From: Xylella taiwanensis
GTDB taxonomy: Bacteria > Pseudomonadota > Gammaproteobacteria > Xanthomonadales > Xanthomonadaceae
Assembly: GCF_013177435.1 (NCBI RefSeq)
Contig: NZ_CP053627.1
Location: forward strand, 1-32,000
DNA length: 32,000 nucleotides
Direction: 5' to 3'
Positions 1-11,814 of this stretch are shown here, piece by piece. The notes below the pieces were generated by a model. The model was not told the DNA's origin. It worked only from the letters and a program-made list of their open reading frames with translations, and ran no database searches. The stretch's first letter is position 1, and every line of letters starts with the position of its first letter. The position numbers were made by a program, and so were the translations under genes.

Positions 1-1314
1 ATGGAAGCTTGGTCCCGTTGCCTGGAGCGTCTTGAAACTGAATTCCCACCAGAAGACGTTCATACTTGGTTGAGACCTTTACAGGCTGACCAACGTGGCG
101 ACAGTGTGGTCCTTTACGCACCCAACCCTTTTGTTATTGAACTAGTACAAGAACGATACCTAGCACGTCTTCGCGAATTGTTATCTTATTTTGCAGGCAT
201 TGGTGAGGTAGTGCTGGCGATTGGTTCACGGCCTAAAACAACAGAACTACCCGTAGAAACTACAGACCGTGTCTCTTCGACAGTACCATTTAATGGGAAC
301 CTGGACACACATTATAATTTTGACAATTTTGTTGAAGGTCGAAGCAATCAACTCGCTCGCGCTGCGGCTTGGCAAGCTGCACAAAAGCCGGGAGACCGTA
401 CTCACAATCCATTATTACTCTATGGCGGCACTGGTTTGGGTAAAACTCACTTGATGTTTGCTGCAGGTAATGTAATGAGGCAGATAAATCCGATTTCTAA
501 AGTAATGTATCTCCGTTCTGAACAGTTTTTTAGCGCCATGATAAGAGCTCTACAGGATAAAAGTATGGACCAGTTTAAACGTCAGTTCCACCAAATTGAC
601 GCACTGCTGATTGATGATATCCAATTCTTCGCTGGCAAAGATCGTACCCAAGAAGAATTCTTCCATACTTTTAATGCCTTGTTCGACGGAAAACAACAAA
701 TTATCCTAACGTGTGATCGTTATCCCAGAGAAGTAAATGGTTTAGAGCCACGATTGAAATCGCGTTTAGCTTGGGGGCTTTCCGTAGCTATTGATCCTCC
801 TGACTTTGAAACTCGAGCAGCAATTGTATTGGCTAAAGCACGCGAACGTGGTGCTACAATCCCAGATGAAGTTGCATTCTTAATTGCAAAAAAAATGCAT
901 AGTAATGTCCGTGATTTAGAAGGTGCATTAAATACCTTGGTGGCACGTGCAAACTTTACAGGGCGTGCTGTAACTATTGAATTCTCACAAGAAACTTTGA
1001 GAGATTTATTACGTGCACAGCAGCAAACAATTGGAATCCCTAATATTCAAAAGACCGTAGCTGACTATTATGGTTTACAGATCAAAGATTTACTTTCAAA
1101 ACGTCGTACTCGTTCATTAGCACGCCCAAGACAGGTGGCAATGGCATTAGCAAAAGAGCTGACTGAACATAGCTTACCTGAAATTGGAGATGCTTTTGCT
1201 GGTAGAGACCATACAACGGTTTTACATGCTTGCCGTCAAATCAAGTTATTGATGGAAACTGAAACTAAATTACGAGATGACTGGGACAAACTTATACGTA
1301 AGTTTAGTGAATAA
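1..1314 (+). CDS. dnaA: chromosomal replication initiator protein DnaA (complete; ATG is base 1 of the window)
   Basis: 437-aa ORF with AAA+ Walker [11 protein letters not shown], Walker B/sensor block [24 protein letters not shown] and C-terminal DNA-binding block [20 protein letters not shown]. Followed by dnaN-recF-gyrB. Confidence 0.97.
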   Translation: MEAWSRCLERLETEFPPEDVHTWLRPLQADQRGDSVVLYAPNPFVIELVQERYLARLRELLSYFAGIGEVVLAIGSRPKTTELPVETTDRVSSTVPFNGNLDTHYNFDNFVEGRSNQLARAAAWQAAQKPGDRTHNPLLLYGGTGLGKTHLMFAAGNVMRQINPISKVMYLRSEQFFSAMIRALQDKSMDQFKRQFHQIDALLIDDIQFFAGKDRTQEEFFHTFNALFDGKQQIILTCDRYPREVNGLEPRLKSRLAWGLSVAIDPPDFETRAAIVLAKARERGATIPDEVAFLIAKKMHSNVRDLEGALNTLVARANFTGRAVTIEFSQETLRDLLRAQQQTIGIPNIQKTVADYYGLQIKDLLSKRRTRSLARPRQVAMALAKELTEHSLPEIGDAFAGRDHTTVLHACRQIKLLMETETKLRDDWDKLIRKFSE

Positions 1315-1385
1315 ATGCGCTTTCAACCCTATATTTGATCACCATTTACAAAAATGAATGGTCTTTCTTAAGAGATGTAAAAGCT

Positions 1386-1394
1386 TGTGGATAA
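1386..1394 (-). promoter_or_regulatory. perfect DnaA box (TGTGGATAA = reverse complement of TTATCCACA)
   Basis: Exact 9/9 match to the consensus, read directly. Confidence 0.8.
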
Positions 1395-1421
1395 AAGAAG
1401 ATATAGATTGTATATAGAAAT

Positions 1422-1430
1422 TTATCCACA
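1422..1430 (+). promoter_or_regulatory. perfect DnaA box TTATCCACA
   Basis: Exact 9/9 match to the consensus, read directly. Confidence 0.8.
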
Positions 1431-1585
1431 AATTCTCCAAATCATCTAAACATGATGACCAAGAATTTATGACGGAGAAAAAGAACAAACTAAACAACAC
1501 GTTAGATACGTTTCCCACACAAAAGTCTAACACCACCACCACATAGCTTATATATTTACTAAAAAGCATAGAGGCACGGAATCAG

Positions 1586-2695
1586 ATGCGTTTTACATTA
1601 CAGCGCGAAACTTTCCTAAAACCATTAACTCACGTTGTAAACGTGGTAGAACGACGTCAAACACGTTCTATTTTGGCTAATCTTCTAATACAAGTGGATG
1701 AAGATAAATTATCGTTAACTGGCACCGATCTTGAAGTTGAAATGATTTCACGAATAATAATTGAAGATGCAGAGAAGGGGGAAATTACTATCCCAGCGCG
1801 TAAACTTTTTGATATTGTTCGAGCTTTACCAGAAGGTAGTGAAGTAACTGTATCTCAATCGGACAACAAGATTAGTTTACAAGCGGGTCGGAGTCGGTTT
1901 ACGTTGACTACCCTGCCAGCTAATGACTTTCCTTTTATAGATAAAGTAGAAGCAACGGAACATATTATTATTGCTGAAGTTTTATTGAAGGAATTGATTG
2001 AACGTACTGCTTTTGCCATGGCTCAACAAGATGTACGCTATTACTTAAATGGTTTATTGTTTGATTTACGTGATACTGCATTACGTTGTGTAGCTACTGA
2101 CGGTCATCGTTTAGCGCTGTGTGAAACTGAACTGGAACAAGGTAAAGAAGGTAAACATTTTAAACGCCAGATTATTCTGCCGCGTAAAGGTGTAATTGAA
2201 TTACAACGTTTGTTGGAGGGTGGCGATCGCCAAATTGAATTAGAAATTGCTCGTAATCATCTTCGAGTAAAATGTTTTGACGTAACGTTTACTTCAAAAT
2301 TAATTGATGGTCGTTTTCCAGATTATGAAGGTGTAATACCAATCGGTGCTGATCGTGAGGTAAAAGTTGATCGTGAAGTTTTACGTGCAGCTCTTCAACG
2401 TGCGGCAATTTTATCTAATGAAAAATATCGTGGTGTGCGTATTGAAGTTTCACCAGGGCAGTTAAAAATTAATGCACATAATCCAGAGCAAGAAGAGGCA
2501 CAAGAAGAAATTGAGGCCCAAACTACTGTCGATGGCTTAGCAATTGGTTTTAATGTAAACTATTTATTGGATGCTTTGTCAGCATTGCGTGATGAATTTG
2601 TTATTATTAAACTACGTGACTCAAGCTCTTCTGCTTTAATTCATGAAGTTAAAAGTGAAAAGTCACTTCAAGTAGTGATGCCATTACGATTGTGA
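1586..2695 (+). CDS. dnaN: DNA polymerase III beta sliding clamp
   Basis: 369-aa ORF directly after dnaA. Family blocks LSLTGTDLEVE, VRYYLNGLLFD, ATDGHRLA, LIDGRFPDYEGVIP and C-terminal VVMPLRL. Confidence 0.97.
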   Translation: MRFTLQRETFLKPLTHVVNVVERRQTRSILANLLIQVDEDKLSLTGTDLEVEMISRIIIEDAEKGEITIPARKLFDIVRALPEGSEVTVSQSDNKISLQAGRSRFTLTTLPANDFPFIDKVEATEHIIIAEVLLKELIERTAFAMAQQDVRYYLNGLLFDLRDTALRCVATDGHRLALCETELEQGKEGKHFKRQIILPRKGVIELQRLLEGGDRQIELEIARNHLRVKCFDVTFTSKLIDGRFPDYEGVIPIGADREVKVDREVLRAALQRAAILSNEKYRGVRIEVSPGQLKINAHNPEQEEAQEEIEAQTTVDGLAIGFNVNYLLDALSALRDEFVIIKLRDSSSSALIHEVKSEKSLQVVMPLRL

Positions 2696-2720
2696 TTTTT
2701 TTGAAATTGAATATAAGTAC

Positions 2721-2745
2721 GCCTGATAAGTGTCGGGCACTTTTT
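2721..2745 (+). terminator. possible intrinsic terminator after dnaN
   Basis: Hairpin GCCTGA-TAAGTG-TCGGGC (6 bp including one G-U), then AC and TTTTT, starting 26 nt after the dnaN stop. The stem is short. Confidence 0.4.
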
Positions 2746-3189
2746 GTCGAGATATTGAATTTTAAGTTAAATGGATAATAAATATCTTGATTTGAATCAT
2801 TAATTTCATATGTATTTATTATTCACTGAAAATGATGAAAGATTGATACGAACTTTTTATATAGATCTTCATTTTTTATTGAGTTCTCCTTCAGAGTATT
2901 ACTCAAATAGAGCTTATAGTTTGTAACCATGTAGTATGAAGTAAAATTCGAGGTCCAAAACGTGGATATGCAGGTTATTGATCACTTCATGTAGTTTTAT
3001 CTTGATAATCGTCAATCAATTGCAAATTAAGTCTATTTGTTAAATCAGATTCTCATGGAATTCATGTTTTTTATTGATTTTGCAGGGTAGCGTAAAGGTG
3101 AAATTATCTTGAAAGGTTTTATTTAAGCTTTTTTTGTTAATTGTTTGGACCTTTCAAAAATTTGCCCAAGAAATCTTAAATATTTTTGA

Positions 3190-3200
3190 GGGGGGGGGGG
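3190..3200 (+). repeat. G11 homopolymer inside an AT-rich spacer
   Basis: Counted directly: GAG then GGGGGGGGGG gives 11 consecutive G. Followed 6 nt later by ATG ATA TTA ATG TGA. Confidence 0.95.
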
Positions 3201-3379
3201 TATTTTATGATATTAATGTGATTTGCTCTTTAGTCCTTTGTGAATAATATTTATTAATTGATGCTGATGGGTTTTCTTTTACTTTTTCTAAGTATCATTA
3301 TTTTCATATTCTTAATATCCTGATCATATTGCCCACTCTGCGTTGTTTCGTTGGGCATACTATTGTGTCAGTGAATCTG

Positions 3380-4474
3380 ATGCACATCACTCATATTGTA
3401 TTACGTCATTTTCGCTGTTTTAATGCGATTGATTTATTTCCGTTACCTGGATTGAATCTTTTTATTGGTAAGAATGGTTCAGGTAAGACCAGTGTGCTTG
3501 AAGCTGTACATTTAATGGGTTACGGGCGTAGCTTCCGTGGCAGAGTTCGTGATGGTTTGATCCGACATGGCTCTGAAAATCTAGAAATTTTTATGGAGTG
3601 GCAAGAGACGGTCGCAATTAATGCGCGTCGGCGTCGTGCAGGTTTGTGTCACTATGGACAAGAATGGACAGGACGTTTAGATGGCCAAAAGATAATGCAC
3701 TTGGCTACTTTATGTGCTGCATTGGCAGTGATTACTTTTGAAGCAAGTAGTTACCCGTTGATTAACGGTAATGCTGACTTACGCCGTCGGTTCTTGGACT
3801 GGGGATTGTTCCACGTGGAACCCGATTTTTTAGAGTTATGGCGTTGTTATACGCATGTCCTTAAACAGCGTAATTCTTTACTCAAGCAGAAAATAGAACC
3901 AGCGATGTTAGATGCTTGGGATCAAAAAATGAGTGAAGTCGGTGAACAATTGACTTTTCGCCGTCTTCAATATTTAGAGAGATTAAAGGAACGAGTAACC
4001 CCTTTGATTTTACGAGTAGTGCCTGATCTAAAAATACATAATTTCAGCTTTAATCATGGGTGGCGTCGCCATGAATTACCTTTGATTGATGCCTTGTTTA
4101 TGGCGCGTGAACGTGACTGTCAGTATGGTTATACTTCATTAGGGCCACATCGTGCGGATTGGACTCCATTGTTTGTCAGTATTCCTGGAGTTGATGTTTT
4201 GTCTCGTGGACAAGGAAAACTTCTAACTTTGATGTGCTTACTAGCTCAGGCGCAGGATTTTTTTGATCAACGTGGTGAATGGCCTGTTATTGCTTTAGAT
4301 GATTTGGCTTCAGAGTTAGATCATCAACATCAGGGGCGCGTGTTGGAGATATTAGCTGAAATCCCAGCGCAGGTATTAATCACGGGGAATGAAGTTCCGC
4401 AAGGATTTAAACTGGATTTTCCAGGGAGTGCGATGTTTCACGTGGAACACGGCGTCGTCACGCGGAGATTCTGA
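3380..4474 (+). CDS. recF: DNA replication and repair protein RecF
   Basis: Walker [14 protein letters not shown], conserved [16 protein letters not shown] and GPHRADW blocks, signature-like [11 protein letters not shown], Walker [16 protein letters not shown] 3380 ([14 protein letters not shown]) fits the usual RecF N-terminus better than the TTG 3329 start of the ORF track. Confidence 0.92.
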   Translation: MHITHIVLRHFRCFNAIDLFPLPGLNLFIGKNGSGKTSVLEAVHLMGYGRSFRGRVRDGLIRHGSENLEIFMEWQETVAINARRRRAGLCHYGQEWTGRLDGQKIMHLATLCAALAVITFEASSYPLINGNADLRRRFLDWGLFHVEPDFLELWRCYTHVLKQRNSLLKQKIEPAMLDAWDQKMSEVGEQLTFRRLQYLERLKERVTPLILRVVPDLKIHNFSFNHGWRRHELPLIDALFMARERDCQYGYTSLGPHRADWTPLFVSIPGVDVLSRGQGKLLTLMCLLAQAQDFFDQRGEWPVIALDDLASELDHQHQGRVLEILAEIPAQVLITGNEVPQGFKLDFPGSAMFHVEHGVVTRRF

Positions 4475-5019
4475 GGCGATTTTTTGGGGGATTGGGTGAC
4501 AACTGTTTGATAGTTTTAAGGGCTTTTTAAAAGAAATATTGATATTAAGGCGAATTTTTTTGTGCATATATTCGCCAGAGTTAATGGATTCTTTCTATCT
4601 AAATACGTTGCGATTTTGGTTGATCTAATGCATGCGCTGCGTGTCAATATCTAACCTAATTATTGTTGTGGTGTTATATGTTGAAGTTGGTTTGTCGATT
4701 ACACAACATTGATAAGGTTAAGTTAAACATTTTCTTTAGTTAAAGGGCTTTTTTCTCAGCTTGGAAGAGATGGGTAGATAAATTTCTCCAGTTTGGGATG
4801 TGGGATGCAAATTGAGAGTAAACCGTCATAAGTGGATATTAGAATAATGGTTTGAGTTTTTCGGGATTGTTCTTGAGGATGTTAAGGTGTTATTTTTCTT
4901 GAATTGAATCAATATTCTTTGTGTTGTACTCCCTGAAATTCCACGAAGAATTTATAATTTCAAGGTTATCTTCTTCTCTTTTTTAGCAGTTTAGTACACC
5001 TGAAGTTTGCCATAATTGA

Positions 5020-7485
<2,466 letters not shown>

Positions 7486-7533
7486 TGTTATTACGCACGG
7501 ATAGCTGTTGCTGTTCTATCAGAAAACGATGCT

Positions 7534-8364
7534 ATGTCTAATCTGTTTTCTCCAGCAACTACGTCGACTCACCGTATCACGCGTTTGTCAGCTGTACTGA
7601 TCCCTTTTGGTATTGATGTACTGCTGAGTTTCGTCACGATAGTGTTGATCAGCACTGCTGTGATGTTGCTGTGGGCTACATACCGCGGCGTGATGCTTAC
7701 AATGCACGTACAACAGCAAACCCAGAAGCTGGACTCGCAATCAATTTCTGTTTTGATTGGCCAGCCTGATGTGTTGGTACAAATGTTGGTGGCGCTGATC
7801 GCCATTGGGGGTACGGCGTTGTTGTTGTATTTTTGGCGCTGCCCCGCCACTGTTGATGAACGTTATCATGCACGCTTGGCGTTGTGCCGAACGTTTACTT
7901 GGAATTGGATTATCGGTGTTGCTCTCTTAACGTTTCTGTTCAGTGTTCTGTCTGGAGTGCTAGCTGAACAATTGGGCATTCGGATCGTGCCTAGTAACCA
8001 AGCATTGATACAAGAAGGTTTAGTGCGCTGGCCGTTATTCGTTGTGTTGTTCGTCGTATTGTTGGTGCCAGCCTATGAGGAATTATTGTTTCGGCGTGTG
8101 TTGTTGAGTCGTTTCTTGGTTGCCGATCGGCCAGTATTAGGCATCACTTTAAGTAGTTTAGCGTTTGCCTTTTTGCACGAAATTCCAGGGTTGAGTAGCA
8201 ATAGCTGGCTGGCGGTTCTTTACCTGTGGTTGGTTTATATGATCTTGGGTGCGGCTTTTGGCTGGGTGTACTGGCGCACTGGCAGTTTGTGGGCTTCGAT
8301 CGTAACCCATGGCTTTAACAATATTTGTGCACTCATTGGATTGTATTTTTGGGGAATTCAATAA
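7534..8364 (+). CDS. CPBP-family (CAAX/Abi-type) intramembrane glutamic protease
   Basis: 276-aa protein made almost entirely of hydrophobic segments. The three CPBP motifs are present: YEELLFRR, FAFLHE and HGFNN. Confidence 0.8.
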   Translation: MSNLFSPATTSTHRITRLSAVLIPFGIDVLLSFVTIVLISTAVMLLWATYRGVMLTMHVQQQTQKLDSQSISVLIGQPDVLVQMLVALIAIGGTALLLYFWRCPATVDERYHARLALCRTFTWNWIIGVALLTFLFSVLSGVLAEQLGIRIVPSNQALIQEGLVRWPLFVVLFVVLLVPAYEELLFRRVLLSRFLVADRPVLGITLSSLAFAFLHEIPGLSSNSWLAVLYLWLVYMILGAAFGWVYWRTGSLWASIVTHGFNNICALIGLYFWGIQ

Positions 8365-8426
8365 TTCTTACTCAAAATTAAACTTATTTAACAAATGCTT
8401 GCAACTCTTGTAGGAGTCGGCAATCG

Positions 8427-9242
8427 ATGAAAAAACTAGTGTTTTGCTTGATAACGGCACTGTTACTTTGTGCTTGTTCGACTGATATCTCTCCAACTGG
8501 TCGACATCAAGTTTTCGGTGGTGTCTCGCAACGCCAGCTCGATCAGCTCGGTGAGCAGGCGTTTTCCCAGACGAAGGCCAAGGAAAAAATCAGTGGCAAT
8601 GTACGTCAGAATGCTTACGTACGTTGCGTGGTTGATGCTTTGGTCGCAGAACTGCCGTTGCAGTGGCGACAAACAAAGTGGGAGACTGCATTATTTATTA
8701 ATGATGAACCGAATGCCTTTGCGCTACCGGGTGGTAAGGTTGGGGTCAATACTGGAATCTTCCGTGCGGCGAAAAATCAAGAACAACTGGCGGCAGTGTT
8801 GGGGCACGAAATTGGCCACGTTGTCTCCCGTCATCATGAGGAGCGTATTACTTGGCAGCTGGGTACTCAGGCCGGCTTAGGGCTACTTGGTGTACTGGCA
8901 GGTACTGCTTACGGAGACAGCGCTGCCACTGCGGTTAACCAGATTGGTGGCTTGACTGCACAAGCTGCGTTTCTGTTGCCAGGCTCGCGTACTCAGGAGC
9001 GTGAGGCCGATGTTGTTGGTCAGCGTCTCATGGCGCAGGCTGGCTTTGATCCAGTCGAAGCAGTCCATCTTTGGAAGAACATGTTGGCTATTGCAGGTCA
9101 GAGAGCCCCACAGTGGTTGTCTACTCACCCAGATCCGACCAATCGTATCCGTCAATTGGAGCAGCAGAGCACAATATTAGCATCGGTGTATGCGCAAGCG
9201 CGTGAGTCTGGACGTGTGCCGCATTGCAGTCCTACAGCATAA
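8427..9242 (+). CDS. M48-family zinc metalloprotease, lipoprotein
   Basis: AGGAG 10 nt upstream of the ATG. Signal peptide with lipobox LLLCAC-S. HEIGHVVSRHH (HExxH) plus a downstream glutamate in QEREADVVG. Layout resembles the small periplasmic M48 peptidases. Confidence 0.85.
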   Translation: MKKLVFCLITALLLCACSTDISPTGRHQVFGGVSQRQLDQLGEQAFSQTKAKEKISGNVRQNAYVRCVVDALVAELPLQWRQTKWETALFINDEPNAFALPGGKVGVNTGIFRAAKNQEQLAAVLGHEIGHVVSRHHEERITWQLGTQAGLGLLGVLAGTAYGDSAATAVNQIGGLTAQAAFLLPGSRTQEREADVVGQRLMAQAGFDPVEAVHLWKNMLAIAGQRAPQWLSTHPDPTNRIRQLEQQSTILASVYAQARESGRVPHCSPTA

Positions 9243-9327
9243 AAAACCAATGTTCGATTTCAAACAGATTGAGCATCTGAATATTGGCATATAAATTTTT
9301 TCTATTACACAGACTAATGAGGTTAGA

Positions 9328-10518
9328 GTGAAACGGCTGAACTACAAGAAAGACCTGTTGTCCTTGTTTATTCCTATGTTCCTGGGGAACGCAATCGCTG
9401 TGCATGCAACGGTGCAGTCCAACAATACGTCTTTGAGCCATTATGTTGATAAGAAGGGTAACCCTGAGAACCTCTATCCCCAGGCCACGCGTCAGGAACC
9501 CAAGATTAAAACTTCATCTAGATTGGCGGGTTACCTACAGAAACTAGTAGATGCCTACAACAAGGGCCAAGATGATGTTGCGGTACGTGCACAGGCTGAT
9601 GAGATTTTGGCCAACAGTAATGCTAATGAGGCTGATAAATCGTTAGCCGCGCAACTTGCTGCGCAGACTGCCTATAAGGTTGAAGATTTAGTCGCTGCAC
9701 AGCATTACTTGAAGCAAGCGATCGCTTTTAATGGTTTGGACAATAACAACCACTACCAGTCGCTGCTACTACTTGCCCAGTTACAACTGCAGGAAGGAAA
9801 ATATTCTGAGGGCTTGGCAACACTTGATAAGTACTTGGTTGAAACCCAATCAAAGCGTCCTGAGGACCTGATTCTCAAGGGTCAAGCCTTGTATCAGGCA
9901 GAGAAGTACCGCGAAGCGATCCCATTTATTAAACAGGCAATTGCCACTTCTCCTGAACCGAAAGCGAGCTGGGAACAGTTGTTAATAGCTACCTATTCGG
10001 AGGCCGGACAGACAGGTGAAGCCATCGCCATGGCTGAGACACTGGCCGCTAAAGCACCGAACGATAAGAAGGTCAAGATCAATTTGGCAAGCATATACAT
10101 GCAAGCCGATCAAATGGACAAAGCGGCAGCCGTACTGGAACAGTTGCGCACCACGGGTAAGCTTACCGAAGAACGCGAATACAAACAGTTGTACTCGATT
10201 TACGCCAATACGGACAACAAAGAAAAGGATGTTATCGCTGTCATTAACGAGGGAATCCACAAAGGGATCTTAAAACCAGACTATCAAACCTATCTTGCGT
10301 TGGCGCAGTCTTATTACTATACAGATCAGATCACGCAAGCGATCCAGAATTGGCAGAAAGCTGCTCCATTATCTAAAGATGGTGAGACATATCTCAACTT
10401 AGCTAAAGTCTTGTTCCAACATGGCCGCACTGCTGAAGCGAAACAGGCCGCTCAGCAAGCATTGGTCAAGGGGATAAAAAAGCAAGAAGAAGCCAAGAAA
10501 ATTATCAACATCCAGTAA
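9328..10518 (+). CDS. secreted tetratricopeptide-repeat (TPR) protein
   Basis: GTG start with GAGG 7 nt upstream and a signal-like N-terminus LLSLFIPMFLGNAIAVHA. Repeated A/L/Y-rich helical-pair units, e.g. AEKYREAIPFIKQAIATSP and GRTAEAKQAAQQALVKG. No catalytic motif seen. Confidence 0.7.
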   Translation: MKRLNYKKDLLSLFIPMFLGNAIAVHATVQSNNTSLSHYVDKKGNPENLYPQATRQEPKIKTSSRLAGYLQKLVDAYNKGQDDVAVRAQADEILANSNANEADKSLAAQLAAQTAYKVEDLVAAQHYLKQAIAFNGLDNNNHYQSLLLLAQLQLQEGKYSEGLATLDKYLVETQSKRPEDLILKGQALYQAEKYREAIPFIKQAIATSPEPKASWEQLLIATYSEAGQTGEAIAMAETLAAKAPNDKKVKINLASIYMQADQMDKAAAVLEQLRTTGKLTEEREYKQLYSIYANTDNKEKDVIAVINEGIHKGILKPDYQTYLALAQSYYYTDQITQAIQNWQKAAPLSKDGETYLNLAKVLFQHGRTAEAKQAAQQALVKGIKKQEEAKKIINIQ

Positions 10519-11078
10519 CCAAAGCGGGCCATGCTTTCCAACAGATGTTGTAGTCGCTTAGGAGCGTCATTCTAACTAATGGTTATCGCAGATGGGCTTT
10601 ATCAGCTTGAGTCCTAGTCGTGAATGCCTTTAACCTGGCTACAGGTACTTTACTTACGGTTTTTCGGGTTTTTGTTGAACGCAACCGTAACATTTAAAAT
10701 GCTCAGGTATTGCGATTGCAATGGTGTGATCCCATTAATTCACCATCGCTACGGCAATATCAGGCGGTAACTTAAACACCTGTTAAAGGTTCAGTGTGCC
10801 AAAGCATATAGCGTTGCTGCAGGTTATCCTGTTCAGTGTTTAGATCTGACCATATAATCTAGCTTGTTGCTGTCTGTTCCAGAGTCTTGCTCTAAATCCG
10901 GCAACTTCCGTGGTTTGGCATAATGTTGTTCTCTCTCGTGCTATGGGAAAAGTTAAAAATACATGGTGGTAAGCGCGCCTATTGGTATAAGCTTAGAAAC
11001 TGCTGCGGTGTCAATCACTGCTTGATTCATGGATCGCTTTAGCGGTCCGTGCCTCCACTGTATAGAGCCCATTGGCAC

Positions 11079-11738
11079 ATGACGGAACAACTTATTGTCC
11101 ATAGGCATGACCAAGAAGATGCGAGCGATGCTTTAAATTGGCCTCGTATCGTTGGTATTGCCTTTGTAATCGCCTTACATCTTGCTGCTTTGATGCTGTT
11201 ACTGATTCCTGCAGTGGCACCCAAGGCACCGCCCGAGAAGCAGCGCGTCACGGCGGTAACAATCGTGGATGTGCCTCCCCCCCCCCCGCCCCCACCGCCG
11301 CCGCAGGACAAGCCACCTTTGCCGGTCAAGAATCTGGCACCACCGCGTCCTTCGCCGGTGCCACCGCCGCCACAAGCGCCAGTCGTTGATGTTCCCGAAC
11401 CTCGTCCAAACGACGTTGTCATACCACCTGCGCCGCCTCCACAGCTGGCTCCCCCGAGCGACATTGGTGCCAGCGTGGATATCTCGTCAAAGAAAATGAA
11501 CCCACCAAAGTACCCACCAGCTGCTTTGCGTGCTGGTATCACAGGTGAGGTCGTTTTAATCATTGACGTGGATGCTAACGGAAACGTCACTAACGTGTCT
11601 GTCGAGAAATCTAGCCGAAATCGGGATCTTGATCGTGCTGCAATGGAGGCCGCCACCAAATGGAACTTTAATCCTTCCGTGATCAATGGAAAGAAATCGC
11701 CTGGTCGTGTCCGCGTACCGGTCAATTTTGCACTATAG
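11079..11738 (+). CDS. tonB: TonB energy-transducer protein
   Basis: N-terminal anchor WPRIVGIAFVIALHLAALMLLLIP, a proline-rich spacer (PPPPPPPPPPQDKPPLPVKNLAPPRPSPVPPPP) and a C-terminal TonB domain (PPKYPPAALRAGITGEVVLIIDVDANGNV...VPVNF). ATG 11079 is preferred over the GTG 11049 of the ORF track. Followed by exbB-exbD. Confidence 0.9.
   Translation: MTEQLIVHRHDQEDASDALNWPRIVGIAFVIALHLAALMLLLIPAVAPKAPPEKQRVTAVTIVDVPPPPPPPPPPQDKPPLPVKNLAPPRPSPVPPPPQAPVVDVPEPRPNDVVIPPAPPPQLAPPSDIGASVDISSKKMNPPKYPPAALRAGITGEVVLIIDVDANGNVTNVSVEKSSRNRDLDRAAMEAATKWNFNPSVINGKKSPGRVRVPVNFAL
11277..11287 (+). repeat. C11 homopolymer inside the tonB proline-rich region
   Basis: Counted directly: CCT CCC CCC CCC CCG contains 11 consecutive C and is in frame here. 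Confidence 0.95.
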
Positions 11739-11814
11739 GCCTAATGCTGTGGACTGGACTGCCCAGTCCCGGTTATCTGTGCTTCCCTATCAACAACATT
11801 AAAAGGTAAGTGTC

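Larger units (their letters stand above)
1315..1585. promoter_or_regulatory. candidate oriC core / DnaA-box cluster in the dnaA-dnaN spacer
   Basis: 271-bp AT-rich spacer with no credible gene. Two perfect TTATCCACA boxes face each other (1386-1394 minus, 1422-1430 plus), 27 bp of A/T-rich DNA apart. Also a relaxed box TTTCCCACA (1511-1519), one GATC (1337-1340) and the A/T-rich run TTATATATTTACTAAAAA (1548-1565). Confidence 0.6.

Noticed and set aside
1339-1569. 76-aa minus-strand ORF spanning the dnaA-dnaN spacer
   Set aside because: Low-complexity AT-rich translation across the DnaA boxes, with no RBS or motif. The region is better explained as oriC.
3329-3379. N-terminal extensions suggested by the ORF track: recF TTG 3329, tonB GTG 11049, hemF 17545, DAHP synthase GTG 24197 and the membrane protein 16762
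   Set aside because: In each case an internal ATG gives the N-terminus and length typical of the family. The extensions are non-conserved-looking. For DAHP synthase the extension would run through a terminator hairpin.
10919-10937. Fur-box-like sequence CATAATGTTGTTCTCTCTC about 145 nt upstream of tonB
   Set aside because: Only about 12/19 matches to GATAATGATAATCATTATC by my count, with the second half poorly matched. This is not sufficient to call a Fur site.
11039-11725. 228-aa minus-strand ORF, glycine-rich (GGGGGGGGGG), covering all of tonB
   Set aside because: It is the antisense shadow of the proline-rich, GC-rich tonB sequence (CCN codons read as GGN on the other strand). The plus-strand product has a full TonB architecture.
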